Program-made: the position numbers and the translations under genes | From: Zygnema circumcarinatum SAG 698-1b | Taxonomy: Eukaryota; Plantae; Zygnematophyceae | NCBI GenBank assembly: GCA_037447605.1 | Contig: JBBHKD010000010.1 | Location: 1-64,000, forward strand | Length of the DNA: 64,000 nucleotides | Reading direction: 5' to 3' | Notes under the pieces: model-generated | The model's input: the letters and a program-made list of their open reading frames with translations, nothing else | Database searches by the model: none | What the model was told of the DNA's origin: nothing | In this document: positions 1 through 11,182 of the stretch, piece by piece | Numbering within the stretch: position 1 is the stretch's first letter | Layout of the letters: every line of letters starts with the position of its first letter

Positions 1-1242
1 ACAGAAGTTCGGCCACTCTCTGAAGAGTCACCAGCACGCCCTTACTGAGACATGCCATCGCGTTAGTAGGTTGTAGTGACGAGGAGGCTTTCTGCTAAGT
101 CTTCTTTTATATGTTTGTTCTGCATTCTACTATGCGGTGGTATGTTCAGTAGGAATGGTGTGGCCGCACTTTTCAATCAGGCAATGTCGTGACAAGGAGG
201 ATTCTTAGTTGATGGCTAGCGTATGAACACCATAACCAGATTAGGCTTCTGCTTGATCCTAAAATTTAGGTAGGTGACATTTACTATTATTCTTGTGGAT
301 TATGATTATTTACCTCCACGTGGCAACTCCTCAGGTGTGCTTGTTCTGCCGCCTTTGGAATATCTTGTCCTGTCCTCACATCTCTCTTTCTTCGTCTGCC
401 ATAAATGGCGTTGCCTGTTGATAACTGCCTACTTTCTGCTTTCCTTTATGCTAAGTTGCCTCTGTGGACCTTGTTCGTCCTTCTTGACCTCTCTTCTGCG
501 CTGAAGGGCAATCGAGCTGAGAGTTCACTCTTCAAATTGTGCAGATGAGAGTGGTGCACAGCGGCAGTCAGATTCATGGGAAGCAAAATATCAGCTTCAT
601 GTCAAACATGTATGGCTCTCGGGAAGAGATATGAGGAACTGAGCAGAAAGAAAGAGTGAGAAATGCTTTTGGAGCACTTTGGAAATCAATTTCTGCCCAC
701 TGTGTGGTTTGCTTTAGGACCTTACTCTTTCAAGTAAGACGACCTACATTAGCGATGTGGATAGGTTCACCAGCATGCCTGCTGATACGGCTGCAATGTC
801 TGAAGGGAGAACAAGCGAATAGTAGTCGAATACTAGTGGGAGGGCTTGTGCCGGCACTAAACTGCAGAATTCTCTTCGCAGGTACGTGCACAACAGGCCC
901 CTCTTCAAAAGTCCGAAGGCCTTAGGTGAAAGCCTTGAAGCTTTGAATACGAGCACATCCTTGGGGAGGGTCATCCTCCTGGACCTCCTCCTCAACTCCG
1001 AACGTCTGCCCTGCCGGCGGCTTGGGTGGCGCGGCAACCCCGGCAACCTCCGCTACGCGCACCACCCTCCNNNNNNNNNNAACGAACCTAAGTTTGCTGC
1101 GAATGTATGGCTCGAGATTTATGATGGCAACCTGGGCAAGGCCTCTTGCTTAAGGGTTGCCATATTACGATTCATGACAAGCAGCGAAAGAGCGAATGTT
1201 TCCTGTATGGTAGGCAAGAACCGAAATAGTAAAGTTTCATCG

Positions 1243-1422
1243 TTGATGCCTTTCTCATGCACTGCCCTTCCTCCAACCCTCTCTCTCTCTCTCTCTCTCT
1301 CTCCCTCCCTCCCTCTCCCTCTCCCTCTCCCTCTCCCGCTTCTGCACTCCACATCTCCTCCCGACTCGCGTATTTGTTTCAGAGAGAGTCGCATCCGCTT
1401 GCATCTGTCGGGTATTCGCCAT
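1243..1422 (-). pseudogene. Isolated remnant of NTM1 exon 1 (third copy)
   Basis: Near-identical to 20210-20358 and 23905-24053 (ATGGCGAATACCCGACAG...GAGAAAGGCATCAA). Homology stops abruptly at about 1243 and no downstream NTM1 exons follow. Confidence 0.75.
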
Positions 1423-1492
1423 CACTCAAAAATTTAATAATCTCCCTCGAGGAAGCTAAAGATGGACGGACTTTAACGAGTGAGGCACATTG

Positions 1493-2505
1493 TGTTGTTG
1501 CAGCGCCCTCCCTTGGTGGGGCTGCCACTTCTCCTCTACCTTGGGTAGAACTCGACATCTTCAATGAATTGCTCAATCACACAAAGCACACTAAATGCAA
1601 GAGAACAACTCAGCGGAAATATGAAAATGTAAGGAGAAAGCCGACCTAAAACTCCTTAAGATAAAGATGAAATACAACGGCAACACTAGAGCCCAAAAGC
1701 TTCAAGCACCTCTCTTCTCCAAGCTCATTGAATAAACCACCCACTACAATTTGAACTCTTCCCACTATCTCCTTGGCCCTAAGCAAGATAGCCTCATCCC
1801 CAATGTGTAGTCACGAGAAGGTTAACTTCTACCCGAACAATCTAACCCTTAAATACAATATGGCCATTAGTGACATTGTCCGTCACGGCCGCACATGCTA
1901 CGCCTTGCAAGGGCCTTATCGATCCTAATCTCGCCCGTCGGATCCTCCTCGGCTTGCACGGATCGACACATCAATCGCAAGTCGGATCCACTTCTCGGCC
2001 TTATCTCCCGTCCAGGTCCTCCACCGTAGGATCGACTCCTCATTACTTGGCGTCATGTAGGGACCCCGTAAGCCTGGCGCCAACCACCGCCACAAACGTA
2101 CAGGCCTTCAATTTAACCCGACGTGGCTTCGATTAGCCCTTTGTCCTCCAAATAGTCGTGGCGACCGTACCTGCGTCGGTTACGCTCCAGCGATTAGCGC
2201 CTTGTCGCCTTCTCGATTTGTCGGCGTCGCGCCACGTCACATCTGACTCCGCCACGCCGCGCCGCTCACCGACCAATGTCAGGTGTTACACCCATGGTCT
2301 TGGCGCTTCCCAGTCATTACCGATTTACCCGCACCGACGATTACGATGCCTTGCCTTGCCGTCGGACTCTGGCGCTACGCGCACCCCTTAAGACTTGTAC
2401 GGTCGCTGGGCGCCCTCCGTACAATGTCGACAACATGAACACCCCTCCTTAGAGACTTAGTACCAACAGCAGTGTACAACAAGTCCTTAACTGCTTTACA
2501 CTATG
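1493..2505 (-). repeat. Family A LTR (3'-most)
   Basis: About 1.0-kb direct repeat of 4388-5427, bordered by the PPT. Confidence 0.85.
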
Positions 2506-2509
2506 ATCC

Positions 2510-4458
2510 CCTCTTGGTACCAGTTCTCCATAGATCTAGTTCCATGAGACACTCATTTACTCTAGTGTCCGCAGCCAAATGAATAACCCTTGTCCTAACA
2601 AGCTGCCCCCTCTTGATCCAAAGGCCTAGGAGAGAATCTTCCCCCTCTTGATCTCCTCTTGGTTGCCTTTCACATTGATCTGAGGCGCTTCCACTGAACT
2701 CCTCTTAGGTCCGGCAACGGGTATTCCTTTTGTAGTTTGCAACCTTGTACTCGGGGGCGCTCCTTGCCACACAGGTTGAAAGGACCCCTCCACTTCAACT
2801 CCATCCTTGTTTTAGTTCACAACAAGCCCGATTGTTTCGGCCTCCACGGAGCTCACTAACTCACAGTGATCACGGAATTCACTTTTATTCTCACCACCAC
2901 TAATGTCACCCTTTAGGTGATACCAGGTCTTTTGACCCCCTTAGCCTGGCTATCTGAAATGTCATTGGCGAAATAATCCCCTGCTCCCCTGAGCCTCAAT
3001 GCTTGCTCTAGCATCCCCTTTCCTCCTCCAAGCTGGTCTGAATCTATCTTATGGTGATGGGTTTCCTCCACGGGGGTCCTTGGTAGGGATAGCTCAGCCC
3101 TTGAGCCTCCTTCCCACTCTAGAAAGTAAAGCCACCTGTGGTCCCTTGCACAAGACTTGCCACATCTCCTTGTGAATGACACAACTACCCTTCTCAAACC
3201 ATACTCCATAGTCCTTCTCACACAGCTGACTAACAGAGAGGAAATTAATCTGTAGTCCGGGAGTATGCAGTACGTTACCAACATGGACAACCCTCTGCGT
3301 GCTTCCCTCCCCGAGCACCTCCAACTTGACTGTTCCGCCTTGCGTCACCGAGACTCCATCTCGAGTTCTTGCGAGTAGACCCGGCGGGTTCCCTCGAAAG
3401 TCTCCTTCTGCCCGAGAGTGAGTAGATCCGCACATGTGCTGGAAGCACCGGTCAATCACCCAAGGTTTTGGTGAATTCCTTTCAGCTCTAAGGCGTCAAA
3501 CAAACTCATCATTAGGTCCCCAATCACGAGAACATCAAGTTGCGTCTCCGTGAATCCTCTTAGCGTTCATCTCTTGGATACACTGCCATCACCCTCCTCC
3601 TTCTTGCTCGTTTGGGCATGCATTCGGATGAACCACCATTAGAATGTTGGGGCGGTTCTCTTTGAAGTGACCCGGTCTTCCCACAAGAGTAGCAAGTCCT
3701 CACGAGTCTTGACTCTCCACCATCTTTGGCTGCGTTTTGGTCCCTTCTTGGATTCTGTATGAAGCGGCGATTCGCGACCTCGTTTCTCCGAACTTGACTG
3801 TCTTTGCTTGTCAGGGCTTGTCCCTCCTCTACCACTCTCCTCTTGACTGCTCAAAGGTCATCTTAGTCGTGGGCGAGTTCGTAGGCGATTAGCGGTCAAA
3901 TCTATCAGAGCAAGCCTCGAGAATAGACTAATCTTGTGATCCAGGCGACGCCCGTCCGTAAAACTTTGCATCAGATTATCAAACTTGATCACATAGTCTT
4001 TCAGCTCCTCTCTGAATCCAGCGAGTTTTTCCTAGCTCGCGTGTGTAGAGATAAACAACGGTGGCATTATCACCATAAACTAATCTTCTCTAGAGTATCC
4101 CAAATCTCCCGAGCTGTCTTTAACTCTGAAATCAGGTCTGTAGGTTCCTCACTAACGCCAGCACAAAGCACGGTCCTAACCTTGCAATACTTAACCCTCC
4201 ACTTCTCAAACTCAAGTGGTTTAATCTCTGTATCTGGGGCCACAATGGAACCATTCACATACCCCAACAGCCGCTTGTTCTCTCCAACACCGTGAGCATG
4301 TGAAACTTCCATCGCTTGTAGTTCTTCCCATCGAAAGTTGGAATGGTAAACTTCCATCTTCCTGTAGCCGACTCTGATACTACCACTTGTTGTTGCGGCG
4401 CCCTCCCTTGAGTGGGGCTGCCACTTCTCACCTCTCTACAGCAGGTGAGACTCGACAT
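2510..4458 (-). pseudogene. Family A gag-protease ORF, frameshifted, no integrase or RT
   Basis: KFTIPTFDGKNYKRWK, LLGYVNGSI, zinc knuckle CYSCGKTG, protease region, VLHTPGLQINFLSVSQL. No gap and no IN/RT/RH motifs before the PPT. Confidence 0.75.
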
Positions 4459-5427
4459 CTTCAATGAATTGCTCAATCACACAAAGCACACTAAATGCAA
4501 GAGAACCTTTCAGTGAATATGAAAATGTAAGGAGAAAGCCACCAGCCTAAAACTCCTTAAGATAAAGATGAAATACAACTTGACAACACTAGAGCCAAGC
4601 TTCAAGCACCTCTTCTCAAGCTACGTGAATAAACCACCCACTACAAGCTGAACTCTTCCCACTATCTCCTTGGCCCTAAGCAAGATAGCCTCACTCCCCA
4701 ATGTGAGTAACGAGAAGGTTAAATTCTACCAAACAATCTAACCCTTAAATACAATATGGCGCCATTAGTGACATTGTCGTCACGGCCGCACATGCTACTT
4801 TGCAAGACCCCTCTTTATCCCGATCCTAATCTGCGCTGCCGGATCCCCTCTCGCCTTGCACGGATCCAAAGACATCAATGCCGCTGACCTCAGCTCCTTT
4901 ATCTCCATCCGAGTCCTCCACCGTAGGGTCGACTCCCTCATTACTTGGCGTCATGTGGGACCCCGTAAGCCTCTGGCGCCCACCGACCTAGGCCGTACAG
5001 GCCTTGATTCTTTCCCGACTGGTAGCGCCTTCGATTCGCCCGCGTCCTCCCGAAATAGTCATTCGCTGACCGTTACCTGGTGATTACGCTCAGCGGTCGG
5101 CGCCTTGTCACTTCTCGATTTGTCGCGTCGCGCCACGTCACATCTGACTCCGCCACGCGGCGCCCGTATCCGCGGAACTTGATGTCAGGTACACCCATGG
5201 TCTTGGCCTTCCCGAGTCGTACCAGCGATTTGCCGCACCGACATTACGATGCCTTGCCTTGCCAAATCAGACTCTGCGCAGCCCTTCTGGCGCACCCATA
5301 AAGGAACTTGTACGCGGTCGCCCTGGGCGCCTCCGTGCAATGTCGACAACATGAGCTTACCACCCCTCCTTAGAGACTTAGTACCAACAACAGTGTACAA
5401 CAAGTCCTTAACTACTTTACACTAACA
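4388..5427 (-). repeat. Family A LTR (shared middle LTR)
   Basis: On the minus strand it is preceded by a PPT (5428-5437) and followed by the PBS (4385), so it serves both units. Confidence 0.85.
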
Positions 5428-5443
5428 ATCCCCCTCTTGGTAC

Positions 5444-6375
5444 TTAGTTCCCCTTGGGCCCTAGTTTCATGAGACCACTACAATTCCCTAGTGTCCCACA
5501 ACTACATGTATGCTCCCTTGTCTTCACAAGCTGCCCCCTCTTGATCCAAAGGCCCGAGAGATCATCATCCCCCTCTTGATCCTCACTTGGTCGCCTTCCA
5601 CACTCGATCCTGGGCGCTTCCGCTGAACTCCTCATAGGTCCAGCAACCGGGTATTCCTTTGTAGTTGCAACCTTGTACTCGGGCTGCTCCACTACCCTGG
5701 GTTGAAAGGACCCCTCCACTTCAACTCCATCCTTGTTTGGATGCAACAAGCCCGTGTTTCNNNNNNNNNNCTCTGAGTGATCCTGGAATTCGCACACATT
5801 CTCACCACCACTAATGTCCACCCTTTCGGTGATGGGTCTTTTGACCCCCTTAGCCTGGCTATCTGAAATGTCATTGGCGAAATAATCCCCTGCTCCCCTG
5901 AGCCTCAATGCTTGCTCTAGCATCCCCTTTCCTCCTCCAAGCTGGTCTGAATCTATCTTATGGTGAATGGGTTCCTCCACAGGGTCCTTGGCGGGATAGC
6001 TTAGCCCTTGAGCCTCCTTCCACTCTAGAAAGTAAAGCCCACCTTGCTGGATTCCCTTGCACAAGACTTGCCCTGTCTCCTTGTGAATGACCTCACAACT
6101 ACCCTTCTCAAACCATACTCCATAGTCCTTCTCACACAGCTGACTAACAGAGAGGAAATTAATCTGTAGTCCGGGAGTATGCAGTACGTTATCAACATTG
6201 ACAACCCTCTGCGTGCTTCCCTCCCGAGCACCTCCAACTGGATTGTTCCGCTTTGCGTCACCGAAACCCCTTGTCCTGTTGCCGTGTAGACCGAGCGGGT
6301 TCCCTCCAAAGTCTGCTTCTCTGCAAAGAGTGAGTCGTCCACGCACATGTGCCTTGAAGCACCGGAATCAATCAC
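5444..6375 (-). pseudogene. Second family A unit: protease plus C-terminal extension
   Basis: IDSGASRHM, NFLSVSQL, GGLYFL. The ORF runs to ...GLMKLGPKGN* just before the PPT. Confidence 0.75.
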
Positions 6376-6436
6376 CCAAGGTTTCGTTGAATCCTCANNN
6401 NNNNNNNGTCCTTAACTACTTTACACTAACACATTG

Positions 6437-6770
6437 ATGAGGACCAAGTCCTTTCAGTCGAACAGAAGTAGGTTAAACCGACACTTTAGGGTGAAGGGCT
6501 TTTAAAGAGAGGGCTGCATGTGCTTGGGCCGCTTCAGAGACGCCGAAGGATATGGATTAGGGTTAGGGTTCAGGAGGACATGGCGCTCTCAGAAACGGGA
6601 AAGGACTCAGACAACACTCATGAAATAAATTTAATGTTTTATTGAAAGTGCAAGAGGAAGTGAAACTGAACTGAATCAGGACTGGAAGTGAAACTGAATC
6701 TGACTGACAATTTTTGATCCAGTAAGGAAAGAGATAGAAAGCGATGCAATTACCCACAAAATTTTTTTTA
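6437..6770. repeat. Dispersed spacer module, also at about 16690-17060, 20425-20800 and 24120-24470
   Basis: Direct repeats of ATGAGGACC...GATTAGGGTTAGGGTT(C/G)AGGAGGACATGGCGCTCTCAGAAACGGG...(GAAACT)n. Confidence 0.8.
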
Positions 6771-7099
6771 TTTTTTTTACAGAGCGGTCGACCATTTGTC
6801 TCTTTGTAAAGTAAACACCGCGCTCGACAACCTTGATAAAGTCACGAGCTTCGAAGCGCTGACCTTCCCTCACCTCCTCCCACTACGACTAAGTCTTGGC
6901 CTGGCTAGCGGGCAAAGCCCAACATTCAATTATATTTACAAATAAACAATGGTAAAATTCCTTGTGACTCTATCAAGGTCTGCCCCTACAGGGACTTCAC
7001 ATTTAGCGACGATAAAAACCCTCACACTTTCTTTAAGCCTTCCCTAAAACACAATATGAATATTCCACCTCCAAAAGGGCTTATCGACCAACGCCGGAG

Positions 7100-10000
7100 T
7101 GGACTCCGCCTTCAAAGTGGCCTTGACCCGCCGCCCTCTGCATATAATCAATCACACTTTCCACGTTTTTCGTCACGCCTCGTTCGTCCAAAAAGCACAC
7201 TCCCACGTTAAACTGAGCGTCCTTGATCTTCTGTCCCCACTGTTAGTCTCCGCAACATATTTGCAGCCTAAGCATGGGATTGGTCGGCCGCTTTTATGAG
7301 CATTCTCACCGCTCGTACCATGTCCTTTTGAATGATTCCGTTCTCGTCCGCGAAAATCACGCCCAACAGAAACTGTGCATCGTCATCTCCTTGATCCGCC
7401 GCCTTTTGAAACAACTCTACAGCGCGATTCATGTCCTTGTAACAAAACTACCGGTCATGTACAGCATCCCTAACCAGCCCAGGGCATAAGAATCACCATT
7501 CTGCTTGGCGCATGAAGATCGCTGAACGCGCGGTTCCATGTCCTTTTGAAAATTGCACCTCCTTGTCTGGCGCGCTTTTGAAGCGGCTCTGGCCGATTCA
7601 TGTCCCATACTATAACACCACATTACGGTCATATACGGCATCAGCCCCAGATTGATATGAGCTAAAGTTGGCCATTCTCTGCAGTAGCGCCTATAAAACT
7701 GAACCGCTTGTTCCATGTCTTTGGGGACTCCTTGTCCATTCGCATAGCACACGCTTCTGTACTGGGCATCATGGGTTATTCTTCGCAGCGCTTATAAACC
7801 AACGGCCTGCTCCATGTCTTTGTGTGACCTCCATTCCTCGTAGCACCAACCCAATTGTTTTGGGCCCTCGATCTGCCATTCCCTCGGCAGCCGCTGCCTA
7901 TAAAACTGAACGCGGGCTCGCTCCATGCGTTCTTGGGGACTCCTTGTCCATCTTCGCATAGCACACTCTAAATTGTACCGGGCACCACTTTTATGGCTTA
8001 CCCTTCGCACGCCTATAAAACTGAAATCCGCCTCGCTCCATGTCTTTAAATCTTTCATTCCAGCACACACCACACAGGCCGGCCACCTGATGGCCATTCT
8101 CTCGCCGCAGCGCCTATAAAACCGAACGGGCCTCGCTCCATGTCTTCTCGCACTTCCTTCTCCATTACTTTAGCACCAACCCAAATTGATTTGGCCGGAG
8201 GGGATTGCTATTCTTTCTGCGCTGCGCCCGCAAAACTGAACGCTCGTTCCATGTCTTTGGGGACTCCTTCTCCATTCGCGTAGCACCAACCTAAATTGTA
8301 CTGGGCCTCAGGATGGCCATTCTCTGCAGCGCGCCTATAAAACTGAACGGCCTGTTCCATGTCTTTGGGGACTCCTTCTCCATTCGCGTAGCACACGCCT
8401 AAATTGTACTGGGCCTGAGGATGGCCATTCTCTGCAGCGCGCCTATAAAACTGAACGGCCTGTTCCATGTCTTTGGGGACTCCTTCTCCATTCTCGTAGC
8501 ACCAACCTAAATTGTACTGGGCCGGAGGATGGCCATTCTCTGCAGCGCGCCTATAAAACTGAACGGCCTGTTCCATGTCTTTGGGGACTCTTCCATCAGA
8601 AGCACCAACCTGGCCTGTGTTGGGCCTCAGACTGCCATATTCCTCGCAAGTAGCCGCAGGTAAAACTCCAACGCTCGTGTCGTCTTTTTGGGGACTCTTC
8701 TCCATTCTCCGCTGCAGCACACTTAAATCGTACTGGGCCAGTGATGGCCATTTCCTTCGGCAGCCGCCTATATAAAACCTAACGGGCTCGCTCCATGTCT
8801 TTTTGGGGACTCTCTTTCTCCATTCTCTAGCACACCTTAAATTGTACCGGGGCTCGAGGATGCCATTCTTCAAGTAGCCGCTTATAAAACCGGAACGGGC
8901 TCGTGTTCTTTGCTGCTCCGGGACTTTTCTCCATTCTCGTGAAGCATCAAACCCGCAGAACCGGTGGGCCCTGCAGATCTCATATATATTCTTCCTCGCA
9001 AGTAGCCGCTTATAAAACCGAACGGCCCTGCCTACGTCTTTGGGGACTCCTTCTCCATTCTCGTAGCACACGCCTAAATTGTACTGGGCATCACGATGGC
9101 CATTCTCTGCAGCGCGCCTATAAAACTGAACGGCTTGTTCCATGTCTTTGGGGACTCCTTGTCCATTCGCATAGCACACGCCTAAATTGTACCGGCATCA
9201 CGCATCGCCATTTCCCTCGCAAATATAAACCGAACGGGTTGCTCCACGTCTTGGTGACTCAAATCCAAACTCGTAGGCTCTGACCTAAACAAGATCGGCA
9301 TCACGACAAAGCATACTTCGCTAGCCGCCTATAAAACTCAACGCTTGTTCCATGCCTTGGTGACTCCAAATCCAAACTCGGTGAGCCTCGACCTAAACAA
9401 GATCAAGTACACGACGCCATTCAAGAGCGCCGCCTATAAAACTGAACGGCCTGTTCCATGTCTTTGGGGACTCCTTCTCCATTCGCGTAGCACCGCCTAA
9501 ATTGTACTGGGCATCACGATGGCCATTCTCTGCAGCGCGCCTATAAAACTGAACGGCCTGTTCCATGTCTTTGGGGACTCCTTCTCCATTCGCGTAGCAC
9601 ACGCCTAAATTGTACTGGGCATCACGATGGCCATTCTCTGCAGCGCGCCTATAAAACTGAACGGCCTGTTCCATGTCTTTGGGGACTCCTTCTCCATTCG
9701 CGTAGCACCAACCTAAATTGCATTGGGCCGCAGGACGGCCATTCTCTGCAGCGCGCCTACAAAACTGAACGGCCTGTTCCATGCGTCTTCGTGACCTTCT
9801 CCATCCGCCGCAGCGCACACCCCAAATCGGTAGTGGGCATCAATGCCATTCTGTACGCCTATATAAAAACTCCAACGCCTCGCTCCATGCGTCTTCTTTT
9901 GGGGACTTTCACTCTCGCATAATAACACGCAATTGTACTGGCATCAATGCATGGCTGGCCTTCAGCCGCTATAAACCGAACACCCGGCGTGTTCCATGTC

Positions 10001-10406
10001 TGGGGGACTCTTTAGCGTAGCACACACCTAAACTGAACTGGGCATCACGATGGCCATTCTCTGCAGCGCGGCTATAAAACTGAACGGCCTGTTCCATGTC
10101 TTTGGGGACTCCATCACCATTCGCATAGCACCGACCTAAATTTAACTGGGCCTGAGGACTGCCATTCTCTGCAGCGCGCCTATAAAACTGAACGGCCTGT
10201 TCCATGTCTTTGGGAACTCCATCACCATTCTCGTAGCACAGACCTAAATTGCACTGGGCCGTAGGATGGCCATTCTTTGCAGCGCGCCTATAAAACTGAA
10301 CGGCTTTTTCCATGTCTTTGGGGACTCCATTTCCGTTAGCGTATTGCAAAGCTAAACGGAACTGCGCCTCAGCCTTATCCTTGATCTCTTGTTTAAGGGT
10401 TTCGAC
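7100..10406 (-). CDS. Exon 2 of 4HB-Sel1 gene A: about 29-30 tandem Sel1 repeats (108 bp, 36 aa); frameshifts in this assembly
   Basis: Acceptor TTGACTCGTCAG|GTC (VETLKQEIK) at 10406. Repeated GHxxAQxNLGxCYxNGxGVPKDMEQAVQFYRRAAEN. The CCATGTC anchor recurs about every 108 bp from 7318 to 10308. Confidence 0.85.
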
Positions 10407-10756
10407 CTGACGAGTCAAGGCAAGGAGGGGAATCACAAGTCAGCATTGTCGGAAATGCATACCTAAATGGATACAGGCAAAAACTCAGGGTCCAGGGACT
10501 CGGCTTCTGATATGTTCTTAACGCATTCTAAGACAATTTTCCTAACTGGGGGACGGTTCAAATCCACATTCGTTCAATCCACATTCGTTCAAATCCATTC
10601 TCTCCTCAATCTGTTGACGAAGCAGCCTTTGTCCTGGTAGGCAAGTCAATCACAGACAGTGATAGGTGAATCTGCAGATGCATAAACATTTAAAGCCATC
10701 CCAGAAACTTACAGCATGCCATCACAGCGCTTCTGCAAGTCCGCTCCGAAACGCAC

Positions 10757-11182
10757 CTGAGCATTTGGATCGGATTGGGTCCCTAGTAGATTGGTTTTCT
10801 GACTCGGAGAAGGTGGTTGACCGCCTCTCTCCGCTTCTCTCACCACCAGAAATGTCAGCCGGAAGGAGAGCAACTCAGCCTGAATTTGTGTAATTTCTGC
10901 TGAAATGCTGTTAGCAGACATGAGTCGGTACGCAGTGCTCTGGTTGCATTTATTTGCAACAACGATTGCCCTCTTCATGATAGACTGAAACTGGCGTATT
11001 GCAAGTTTTTCTAAATCACTCCCTTGGTAACTTCTACTCTTCATCGCTTCGTACACGATATTCATGGTCTCGCTCAGCTCCTTGCCATTCTTTCTATGTG
11101 ACCTCACGTTCTCCCACACAGCCATCACTTCCTTCACAAGAGACCCGACTTCATTCACAGCAGACAGGGACATAAAATCCAT
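10757..11182 (-). CDS. Exon 1 of 4HB-Sel1 gene A: 142-aa helical domain resembling MCAfunc/MLKL-NTD/RPW8
   Basis: Strong Kozak context GCCGCCATGG. 426 nt open. Donor CAG|GTGCGT in phase 0 matches the exon 2 acceptor. Motifs VRSHRKNGKEL and MKRAIVVANKCNQSTAYRLMSA resemble MCAfunc (judged by eye). Confidence 0.75.

Larger units (their letters stand above)
1493..6431 (-). mobile_element. Copia-derived non-autonomous LTR element (family A), tandem LTR-int-LTR-int-LTR, TSD CATTG
   Basis: CATTG at 1488-1492 and 6432-6436. TG...CA ends. PBS variant TGGTAGTATCAGAG at about 4372-4385. PPT AAGAGGGGGA next to the LTRs at about 2506 and 5428. The empty site is seen at 20420 and 24115 (GAGGCACATGTGATGAGG). 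Confidence 0.85.

Noticed and set aside
744-1046. F-box-like motif LPKDVLVFKASRL on the minus strand
   Set aside because: Only a weak resemblance. Downstream frames are full of stops and the 5' side ends in a gap.
7270-10370. CRISPR-like array
   Set aside because: The 108-bp period is in-frame coding Sel1 repeats with no unique spacers, in a eukaryotic context.
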